Shown here in pieces: positions 1-12,000 of a DNA stretch of 64,000 nt; within the stretch, counting starts at the first letter, position 1; every line of letters starts with the position of its first letter. The DNA comes from Candidatus Omnitrophota bacterium (GTDB taxonomy: Bacteria; Omnitrophota; Gorgyraeia; 2-01-FULL-45-10): assembly GCA_003142795.1 (NCBI GenBank), contig PLNN01000019.1:51991-115990 (forward strand), read 5' to 3'. The translations under genes and the position numbers were made by a program. The notes beneath the pieces were generated by a model. The model did not search any database. It was given only the letters and a program-made list of their open reading frames with translations, and was not told the origin of the DNA.

Positions 1-3000
1 CTTGCCGCATTCGCCGCTATCATCACAGTATGGCGGCAGCATCCATCGACAGTTTCTCGTATAGTTAAAGCCGCGATCGTTCCCGCAGTTTGCATCGGAG
101 CTTCTTATCTCTTCGGGGATCTTTACGCCGGCCTTTTCAAGAATTCCGCATGGAGTTTGAAAACCATGCTTGCCAGCACGATCATTGGCGGAGCGACTTT
201 AGCAGGCGGAAGCTACATGGAACAGACGGCAAGAGGCGTAAAGGTCGATCGGTCCGAAGTCTTTCGCTGGGCGATAGCAGGCTCCGCCCTCTTAGGGCTT
301 CTCGCTTATGGCGCATGGTTCCCGTTGTTGACTCATTTGACAAAAGATAACAATTTCCTGTTTGCGGCGCTGGACATGTGCGTCTTCGCGCCATTTGTTT
401 TCATTCCTCTCGAATTCCTTGCCAAGAAGTATTTAGTGTCACCAGGGGACACAACAAATACTTTTAAAAACACGCTCCAGACGTGGGCTTTTGTTTCCGT
501 ATTAAATGTCGTTTGGTTCGGTCCTATCTTATTTTTAGGGAGAGCCCTCTGGCCGGACAAGATCGTCCTGATCGATGCCAATGCAGCAGTAATTTGGGCA
601 GGGCCTCTCGTCTATTTCCTTGGGGTTTGGAAAAGGTTCGGCGGTATATCCGGCCTGGCGAAGAAAGTCTTTAAGCTCAAAAAAGAGGCACTGGAAAAAG
701 ATGCCCCACTAGTGATACTGGGAGGCGAGGAAGAGCTGGCTTCCGAACTGCGCGGTTTTGCCAGATATTCGATGGTCGAGCAGGACCAGACCATAAAGAC
801 CGTCGTGGCGCACGGATTTAATGCCGGGAATACAGGGCTCCTACAGGATGATATAGAGATTCTATGGCAGCACTCATGGTTTGTCCGGCTGGTCAACTGG
901 CTTGAGAAAAGGCATCCGTCGATTTATGAAATGATAAGAAAAACTTACAGATCCTTTGGTATAGAGCTCGTCAAGACCGTTCCAACGATGGGTGCGTTCA
1001 TGTACGGATTTGGCGCCGGCGCACATAGGAATGATTTTGAGAAGGTTTTGCTATATCGCTCGACGAAAGGTTCGCGCAGCGCGCTTGCCATTGTCGATGA
1101 GGCCGAAGACGTCTTAAGGCGAAGTAAGGGGAATTTCGATCAGGACGTCAAAATAATAGCGTTCTTTAAAGCGTTGAAAAGATATGCGCGTTTAGTAGAC
1201 GACCAGGCTGCTCGCCACGGCCTTGATCTGACAGGCGTTTGGGGAGATGCGGCCAAGAGGGCGCGGCCGGTGACCATTCAGAACATCCTGGCGCTCGGGA
1301 CTTTTCTTGAATCGGCAAAACCGGGCCGCATCAGCCTGCGTAAATATTACAGGGCCCTCAACAGGGTAAGCTCTATACTCGAATCCCCGGCTGTGCCCAT
1401 ACATACATCTTTATGGAGCCATAAAGAAGCAACGCCGGTGGGATACCTGAAAGAAGCCGAAGAGCTTAAAATGCCGGATGGGTCGATCGTCTTTACCGAT
1501 AAGATAGTAGGACAATGGAATCTTAAAACCGTTAAACATGGTCCACTAGTTAAGATAGATGTTGTAAATACGGGGACTGGTGAGAAAGCCGTTTTGCCAG
1601 TGGTGCCGGAGGCTTTGAGGGCTATAGAAAAAGCGGAAGAGCTCGTCATCGCTCCGGAAAATATTCTGACCGATCTTAGTATGTTCCTTTCGGTTAAAGA
1701 GATCGCGGACGCGCTCGCCAAAAGAAAGGAGGCAGGCAAACCCACCATACTTGTGCTGCCGGTTTCGACCAAAGACGGCAATCCCGGCCTGATCGATGAA
1801 GGCATAGACGCGGCCCTTCGGGCAGGAATGGGTTACGGCATATCTGATATCGCCACGCATGTGATCGTAAACGACATTGAGAATGAGACGGATGTTCTTA
1901 TCAAAATTACCGCAAAAGAGATGTTTGCCAGAGAAGGCATGGAACCCGTTACGATCAGTCCCTCTTTCGAAAAAGTATTACGGGATAACGGCACGACCGT
2001 TTTTAAGGGTCCCTTGGGCGAGATCATCAAAACGCCGAGCAAAAAACCCGGGCTTGGGTCCCTGGAGGACAATTACCAGATAGCGTCGAACAGGCTTGCA
2101 TTCGTCCTGAAGATGATCGAGATATCGCATAAGTATAAGACGGCGCCGCTGTGGATAAGCGATATAGAAGGGACGATCAAACCGTCCGGCCATACGGTAC
2201 TGCCCTCCGAAGAAACGGAAGAGATCGCCTCGTGCTTAAAAGAAAACGTACCGTTCGGTCTCCTCACAGAAGCAGCAGCGGGCGATGCGGAGGAATCGAC
2301 CGCAAATCGCGTCAAAGCCCGGCTCGAATCAGGCGGCGCGACCGGCAAAATGCGCCTTATGCCTATGCAGGCGGTCGCGGGTTTGAGATGTTTTGTTTAT
2401 GATCCGGGTAACGGAAGATACGAGTTCATAACGGGTTTCGATTTAAGAAAAGAGATAGGCGACGATAAGTTCAATCATCTAAAGCAAATATGCGTCGATC
2501 TGGTCGAAAAATTCGGACTCGTGGAGCGTAATAAAAGATTGGGGTTTGCTGGCGAAAATGACAGCGGCTTCTGGGGACCTTATTTCGATGACCGCATAGG
2601 GGGAGTTACTTTTTCCGTGATCGGCAAAGACGCCTTGCAGGGATGGATCAGTCGGTACGAGACCAAAGGCGGCAAGGAGCTTAACCGTGTCTTACTGAAA
2701 TATTTAAATGACCGATGCGCCAACGAAGGCATTCCCGTAAAGTGGACCCTTGGGAGCGAATTCCAGATCGACGGAACGCATGAAAAGACAGACAAGGGGG
2801 ATGGTTTAAAATCCATAAGCGAGTTGACCGGCATTCCGCTGGAAGCCATAATTTTCAGCGGAGATAACATAAGATGGTCGAAAGAGGGCGAGCCTGGCGA
2901 CGACACCAAGGCGGCGCAGAGGGCAGGGTTCAGCCTCAACATGGACGGCAGATTACTTGATGAGCCGGTTGCCGGCAAGACGGTCATTACCGCATCGGAA

Positions 3001-6000
3001 AGGGGCGGTAAACACGGCATCCTTCCATACCTCCGTTTGTATAGGGCTTTTTACGCGACATTGCCGGATAAATATAAAGATTTTGAGAAGCGGCTTCAAG
3101 ACGGTATCGCACGCGAAAAAGAGCACCAGAAAAGGATGAGCCCGGAATGGGCAAGAGAACAGCTTAAGCTCTTTGTTGCGCAAGGTACTATACAAGGTGT
3201 GCCGGGAAAAGAGATAGAGACACTGTTCGATTATGCCGGAATTTTGCTTGATACAAAGACCGGGAATGAAGATGACTTGCAACTGGTTTATAAAACATTG
3301 AAAATAATTTCCCTGCTTGATATTTCTCCCGAATTAAGGCGTTTGACTGAGCATAAGTTACGCGACTTCGCCAGGAATACGCGCGCCAAAGATTTCGGAT
3401 CGTATAGCGGTGCCTACCAAGAAGGGGCTCTCAACATCTCCGTTAATACACCGTCCAAAGGACCTGCCCCGGTAGAAGCGCTTTCTGCGCTGGGCGCTGG
3501 CGAACAGTCCGCAGCCATCCATACCGGACTGGGAGCGTTTAAAGGCGGGAAAGTGGGGCACGTAATTTTATTGGGAGAGAACGAGCTGGACGAAGAATTA
3601 TTCAGCAGTCAAATGGAAAACATTCTTAAAATAGAGACAGCCTTCGGCTGCAAGGCAAGGGTCTGTATAGTTGCCAGCTTTAGGAATCACAGGGCGGTAA
3701 TTGAGCTATTAAAACAGAGAAAATTTTTTGGCCTTGAATCTGATCAGATTGCAATAGAATTTCAGGGGATCTATCAGAGCATGGGCGTGAGGGGACAAGG
3801 CCCATATTATTATCTGGAGGGCGGAAAGCATCTGGCAGCACCGGGTGACTTAGATGCGATATTGACACCGGTCTTGAGCGGAACGTTTACGGAATGGTCG
3901 AACGCCAGTGTCGAAGATATTATCGTATTGTCTTCGGCAGCTAAAGCTCCTGCAAATCCGGAAGAAGATTTTCTGATCCTTGGCCGGCTTATTGACACAA
4001 AGGCCGATATGGTCGTCTCTGTTACCGATAGGACAAAAGAAGACATAGGCGCTTCTCCGTATTATGACGCAGACAATAAACGTATAGTGCTATTGGAAGA
4101 TTATGCCGTTGGGCAAAATGTCACAAGAAATTTGCAGAGCAGCTTTCGCAACGCGGTTTCATTGTCGTCCCTCTTTAAACATATGGGAGTCGATCCTTTA
4201 CAGGCTCATGGCTTAAACCAGGCAGAATTATCAGATAAAGTCCGTGCTTTTATGCATGGATTGCGAGATAAGCCTTATGTCGTTCGAAAGGCAGTAACGG
4301 AAGAAGCCGGCAAGATAAGGCAATACAAGGTTGACCAGTTCAAGCATCCTTTCGGCAATCTCACTTTTAAACTGAAGACGGAGTATGTATATACGCCATC
4401 TCATAAATTAGCTACCGTATCTTCTGTCAGGCTTCGCAGATTCGGGCTTGGTTCGGTGGCGCAGATTATTTTAGCAGCTCTTCTTGTATCAATAGTAGGG
4501 GGAGCCGTTTGGCGCGACGCGCAGCAGCGGCTTGCTGTCGCGCTGCCGTATGGCATAACGATAGCGATAGTGATAGGCGCAATGATCTCAGCAACAATAT
4601 TGATACGTTGGATCATGAGTAATGGGTTTATATATATAAATGTAGGCGGCCAGCATCCTTCTCTCCTCAAAATAGAAAAAAAGATATGGCGCTCCATTGA
4701 TCGCGAAGACCAGGAAGCATTAAAATCGATAGTGGGCGCTGACGAAGCTGCGATAAAAGAGCTTATAGACCGTCCTGACAGCAGGATAGCGGAGTTTAAG
4801 GAGGATCCTATATCGCTGGAAGGAAAACTCGAAGAAGGTTATTGTGATGGGAGGACTATATATCTTCTGCTGAAGAAACCGATAATAACAGATGGCAAAG
4901 AGATAACCAGGTTAAGATTCCAGGGGGTCAGGCCTAAAATAGGCGAGAACGGAAAGATCGCTAATTATTCTGGTTACAGAGAGCTTGTAGCCGGCGAAGA
5001 TGGCCTTCTCCGTGTCGATGAGCCTCCCGCAGCCCGCCCGGCCGGCGCAAAACTTTATGACGGGGCATCGATAGAGTTTGAGGTCATGGATAATAGGTCG
5101 ATCCCCACCGATGTCGCGGTAGGTCTTGGCAAATACACGGGCATCGATTTCCAGGGGCAAAAGGTGGGCTACATCATAGCGGGAATGGAAGAACCCGATG
5201 GCCGCCTTTATACTAAAAAAGATACGATCGGCAGCATGTCTTGTGAATCGTTCAAAGAGCCGTCGAAAAAATTGACGATACTATTTCGCAAAGACAGTTT
5301 TAGCAAAGAAGAGCAAAGACGGATAGGGCGTACACTTAAAGCTAAGTATGAAGAGGGTGCAGGGGGACTTGAAGAGTCCGGCCTGCCCTTTGTTATATTG
5401 AGGGTAAGTAAAACACGAAACGACAGAATTAAAATAAAGCAAAGATATTCCAGCCACCCGGCTCAAAGATCGTCATTTAGATCTATCAGGGACCTTGACG
5501 ACGAAAGCGATATTTACCGTCAGTTTGGAAGGCTCATACGAAGAGCCCATGATAAAGGGTATTATGACCTGTTCCCAATTGTTATGCATCGTGAATACAC
5601 AGGTCCTACTATTCCCGAAGAGCAGACGCCTTCTTATTATGCGAGGTCGCATGAAACAAAAGTCGGCTTACGGCAGATCCGCGAAAGATGGGAAGTGGTT
5701 TCCAGAAATTTTTCCACGCTTAAACGCCGGGGTAAGCGGAATTCCTCAGAGAAAAACGCGGCGGAGCGGTTTATCGATATAACCAGTGTATTATTTGATC
5801 TTACACAGACCAAGATCACGAATATAGAGACAACTTTCGGTAATGCGCTTTACGGTGATGATGCCCCTACTCACACAAGTGCAACATCCATGGATGTTTC
5901 CCGTCTCATAGAGTCGTTCCTGGAAGGTTATTTTTATGATATCGACCCGCGCGACAGGACTTTCAGCGATATGTATGAAACTTGTATTCAATTCGAGCGC

Positions 6001-9000
6001 GATCCGAATAGATTACTAATGCCTGTCAATAAGCTCTACAACGCGATAGGGGTGGCTTTGTGGGAAGAGGAATCCGAGGAATTTGACAAATATCGCGGTC
6101 TCTTTATGCCAAATCTCATTGCGGCAGAGAAAAATAGCCGGCAGTCAGAAGGCGGCGCAGCCCGGTGGTTCAAGCCGCTGATCATGATGGGCGGGCTCGC
6201 AGCATTATCAGCTTTCGCTATAACGGCATTTGCAATATTGATACCTCATGCATCAGCAATACACACACAAGCCGTCACAGCTGCAATGCCGTGGTGGAGC
6301 GCGATACTCGGTATGTTCTTTTTAGGGTCTATCGGAGATTGGCCTTATGACCCAGGCAGGTCGCGCGGTGAAGACCCACACGCATTTGCCCTGCACCATT
6401 ATAACCAGGGGGTGCGTTTATGCAAGGCAGGACAATTAATAAAAGCCGTAGAGTGTTTTGACAAAGCCATCGAGGCTGTCCCGAATCATTACGCAATGCA
6501 TTATAACAGGGGGACGGCTTTGCTCGAATTAAAGAAATATGATGAGGCTATAAAGGACTTCGAACGAGTACTTGAACTAAACCCCGATTTTTCCATGGCA
6601 TATTATAATCGGGGCGAAGCGTACCTGGCGAAAGAAGAATATAGGGAGGCCATTGCAGATTTTACAAAGGCGATCGAGGCCGGACTTAAAAATGGCATTC
6701 TGTATTTCAATCGGGGCGTGGCCAAGCTGATAATTTATAAAGATGAAAGTGATCTTAGCTATAAAGATGACGGAATTCGCGATTTAGAAACAGCCGCGCA
6801 ATTGGAGCACCTGCTTATAGATAGGATCAGGTCGATAGCGGAAAATTATAACTTGGATATTAAATTACCGCCCCCGTCCTCGGGCCCGAGATTTATGTCG
6901 TTCCTCCTGCCGTTTATCATAGTAGCCTACTTTGCGAGCATGGGAGCCGTTTGGCCTGATATGCATCTGAGTTTTGCCGGCATATTAGCAGCCATGCAGA
7001 GTTGGTTCGCGACGGTCGGCGCCTCCGGCGCGCTACCGTGGATTGTAGGTGTAGCTGCAACAATCGCCGTCTTGATAACCACATTTATCGCATATAAAAA
7101 TAAATCCAAACCGTTAGTGTCTTCGCATCAGCCTTTTTTCTTTGTAAGACTGACCGGGCTGAAATATTTAATCGCTATTCCGCAGATATTATTAATGGCG
7201 TTTGTCCTTGGGTGCACCCCGCCAGATTCCGGGTCACAAAAAAATATTGAGAATAGAGCCGAGGAGGCCCAGATTGCCAAATTCGAAGAGGAAGAGGCGG
7301 AGCATGTTGATGAGATCGCCAAAGATAATAAGGACCTTCAGCAGAGAATAGCCGCTTTCGCCAGTATCGCAATGTCTAAATTCAGCGTCCACGGTTTCAA
7401 ATACGAAACGATTAACGATCGCGAGCGTCTAAAATCGCAGGAAGAAGGGACTAGATATCTCTTAGTTTCTGCGCGCGGTATAGACTCCATGTATCCTGCT
7501 GATGATAAGCGGGTAAAACTTGAAGTTTTGATGAAGAAATTTATAGACACCGCGGACGGGATGGTCAAGAATTCGTTCGGGACCGGCGATGTCCTGAACG
7601 AGTGCGATGCGATAATTAATAGAGCAAATAACCTGTATTTTATCCCCAACGGATATTTACTGGACTTCTTCGGCATAAACAAATTCGGCCAAGTCATTAC
7701 GTTCTCATACAAAATAGTCGATAAACAGCCTTATACGTGCAACGGCTACGATATTGGTGTCTGCTATATAGTCGAATTGACAGACTATTTTTCACAACGC
7801 CGTGCCGCCTACGCAACTAGCGGCAAAAAATTGATTATATTTAAGGATAGTTTAAATAAACCAATGGTCCTTCCCAAAAATGCCGGCGGCAGACATCAGG
7901 ACGCGATTAACAAGGAGCTTGCGAAGCTGCAGGCGCGTGACTCAATAGAGGATGCTGTAGATGCGAGCGCTATACATGAAGTTACGCATAGAGCTAATAA
8001 AGGATTTAAGGTGGGTTCAGGCTGGCTTGCGGGAAGCATGAGTCATGAAGATGAGGAAAAATCTGCCAGATTTTCCGCCTATTTTAATGGCAATGGTCAG
8101 GCGGTCGACATTGCTTATTCTCTGAGAAATATTGCTTACAATGCAACGCTGGACCAGGATGATCCAGATGGCGAATGTGCATTTATAGATGCGTTGGTGG
8201 TTCAGGGTATCCGGAAAGGATTATTTGATAAATCAGATTTTACATATGATACCCGAATTGGGCTGAATGGCTTGATGAATAGCCTCAGAAAAGAGACTAC
8301 CAAGATTGATGAAATGAATAAGGCCATTTTGTCGGTCGCTAAAGCATTTAATAAAGGATTTGATGCTGATGAAAAGGGATTTCGCGCCAAATTGAAAGCC
8401 CTTGTTCCCGAAGCGGCAAAACCATTGTTACCATCTTCTTATGTAATACCTGAAATCAAGCGTAAAGCCAGGCCTGCACCGGTAGAGCCGGCTCCTGTAA
8501 AAACTACGGAAGAGAAACCGTCCGCTGAATCTGCGGAACCGTCTAAAGAACAACCCGAGGCTAAAGCTCCTGTGAAACAGGCAGGGCCTGAGTCTGTAGT
8601 ACCTATTGTTAAGCCGGCAGCTCCGAAACCGGTATCGTTCCTCGTGCCTGTTGCCGATGATGCAACGGGTCAATTAAGGGTCGTCTTTAATATTGTGAAT
8701 AAGGCAAAGCAAGCTAATCCCGCCCTTGCCAACAATGGGAAGATCGAGACTCAGTATGGCGCCGGCAAATGGCTGACAAAGGTAAAATTGTCGGACGGCA
8801 AAGCAGCCTGGATATATATAGAACAGAAAGGCGACGGTAAAGCAGCGATTTTCACCGGTAAAAAACCAAAGTGGGTAGAGATCTATTTGATCGGCAAAGA
8901 CAAAAACGGTCTTTGCCTTTTCGACCCGGACGCCAAACAATGTACAGTTATCTCAGCGCGAGGGGATCTTATCGAAACAACCGTGGGTGAGGGGGAGACG

Positions 9001-12000
9001 ATAGAAGATGCGGTCAAAGAGGCACTTCACATGATACATAACCACAACACGCCATTCTACTGGCCTGCGCTCGCCATCGCGCCACAAACAACATTGCCGG
9101 ATCTCGGGTCGGCCGCGATACACAGCTACAATGAATTTAATACCGTCCTGCAGGTCTCCTATCGCTCCTACGGTATTACCATGCCCGCGGAATGGGACCG
9201 CATTATGCCGGCACTCTACGATACAATTTCGAGTCATACGGGATTCCTGTCTTTGAATAATCGTGAGCAGGTCACCATGATCAGGGAGCTGTACGATTTC
9301 CTTCAGCGGAAGCGGTACGAAAAGGCATCCATCAAACTTATGAGCCGCGACCATACCGTGCTCGCGTTCTTCGGCCGATCATCCGGTAAAGAAGGGGATA
9401 TTTTCGAAACCAGGTACGCAAACGTAGTGGATGTATACGGGGGCCATCTCGAATTATTCAAACCCGGCGAAAAAGGCATGACGCCTATGGAGGCGAAGGA
9501 AAAGTTTCTGGATCGTGCAGCGGAGCTGGCGGCAGCCGGAAAATTCGTAACGCTTATGGTGTGGTCTCATGGAGCGAAGACCGGGTTCGAGGTGAGCGGT
9601 ATGATGGGTATCTCCGACGCCGAGATGGCCGGCGCATTATCCGGTTCCCGCATTAAACTTAGTAGAAAGACGATCGACCTGACGAGGGTCAATGGTATTT
9701 TTAACTGTTGTTATGCGACGGATTTTACACTCAATATGCTTTCCGAACTCAAGCGCCAGACGGATGAAATGGGTAGTGCGCTCGTTTTCCCGGGTTCGAT
9801 CGTCGCAAGTACGTCACGCAATAGAGAAGCGCTCAGCACCGCCTTATGGGACAGTATAGGCGAATACCACGTCAGGACTAAGGGTAAAGACTCAAATAAC
9901 CCCTCATTGCCGCTTGGCGCAATCCTGACCTTTGTCGATGCCAATCTTTATACCCAAGGCCGCAAGCCAGAATTTGATGAAAACAATAAAATAAAAGGAT
10001 GGACCGTGCTTAAGCCTGAAATACTGCAGGATCCAGCCGTAATTATTCCGCTTAATGACAAAGACCGTGAGGAGCTACGCCGTATACTTCGGCTGAAGGA
10101 TTCCATGCCGGCGCCTAACTTTATCCAGATCGGGCTTGCTGAGCCCGCGCGCAATTTAAAACAAGAGGTCATCGACAGCGTTCCCGGTCTTGTTTCTGCG
10201 GCTGTGGCCGGATATAAAAGCCAAGGTGGGGCGTGGTTTCCCGGAACATTCTACCGGAAATTCATCGCGCCGCTCGAGACGCCGGTCTCGTTCGGGCTGG
10301 CATTTGCAGTAGCCCAGGCATTCGCGATGCGGATGGGGTGGCATGACATGGCACGGCCGCTTTGGCTTATGACCGCGCTTGTTCCTATAATTTTCTGGGC
10401 AGGACATATTCCCCGCTCGATTTACGACTATTATAAAGGAAATAAGATCACTGCACTTAAAGCAGATGTAAATATTCTTACAATTGCCGCTGCCGCAGGT
10501 ACTGCAGCCTGGCTTGGGGCAACAATGACCTTCCCCGCACTGAACAATATAGCTCCGTTACTGCTTTATTTCGGCATAATATTTCCGCTCACAATTCTGC
10601 ATATATATATCAATTGGAAAGACAACGTGGCCGGACATGACAAGAGGCCGTTTGCACAATTTACTTTAGGTACGCTTCTTACAGTTATGTTATATACCGC
10701 TTTCTTCTTCAGCGGTTATACAACATTCAGCCGATACTTTATTACGAATCCGAACGCTCCTATTCTTGAACAGCTTGAAGTGATCGAGCGAAGGGCTGCG
10801 ATACATAATAAGGTGAAAGGCCGTACCTCTGAACCGGTCTTTGGCATAGAGCCGATCGACGAGTCTATCATGCGGGCAAGTTTATATGAGCGCCTTGCCA
10901 GGGAAGATGCCGAAAATCGAAAAGAAGCCGTTGCAGGACTCCCATGGTATCAATCGCATGAAGACCTTGCCCGGGATGTTATCTATGTTACTCTGGAAGA
11001 CGGGTCGAAAATGGTTTACCTGGGAATAAAAGCAAATGGCATTAACCCGGATCCAAAACGTCCCGAAATGCCGATCAAGTGCATCCGTTTTCATGAAACG
11101 TACCAGAGCGTCATCGACCGCTACAAACCACTCCTGGCCCAGCCTGACGCCGGGACGCGTCTCGAGGCAGTGATAGCGCTCGGCATGCTTAAGGACCCTT
11201 CGCTCGTATCCGATTTTATGAGTGTTATAGAAAAAGATACGGATAGCCGCGTGCGGGGAAAGGCAATTGCCTCATTAGGATACATGGGGTATGGCGCCAA
11301 GCCGGCGATCGAACAGATCGTCCATATTTTTAAAAATAGCAAGGAAGACAGATTTGTCCGCATGATCGCAGCGGATGCTTTAAGCGGTATTGTCAAAAAT
11401 CTTCCGGATTCAAATGAGGACAAGACCGCAGTAATAAATATCCTTATTGACGTCATAAAAGATACGCTCTACGGCAGATTACAGGGCGATGATAAACAAA
11501 TCGGTAATGCAGCAAGTTTTGCGCTTATTAAAATAAAAGATCCGTCCACGGTCCATAAGATCATAGATGACATTCGTAAGGAAAAATCCGAACATGATAA
11601 AATTCAGCAGCCAAAAGATGAGCCGAGCAGCCGCAGTGAGCTCGGGTCCGACGCGTACATGAACTTTGCCGCCATATTCGGTACGCTCTTGTTAGGGACT
11701 ATCGGTAAATGGCCGTTTGCCTGGTTTACCTCGGACGGCGCAGGCTTATCGCAGAAAGCCAACAAATACTTTGAAGAAGCTATGAGGTGCTGCGAACACG
11801 GCAAATATGAAGAGAGCCTAGAGCCTTTTAACAGAACCATTGAACTGGCCCCGTATTATTATGCGGCATATAGAAACTTAGGAAATGCATATTTTATGTT
11901 GGATCGGTATGACGAGGCTATAGATAACTACAAAAAAGCGATCGAACGAAAACCCGATGATAATAATTCATATTTTAACATGGCTCAAGCATATGCCTTC

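Noticed and set aside
157-159. ATG at 157 as the start of ORF1
   Set aside because: The frame is open to nt 1 and the upstream translation is TM-helix-like. There is no RBS before 157. The gene more probably starts outside the window, so it is reported as 5'-partial.
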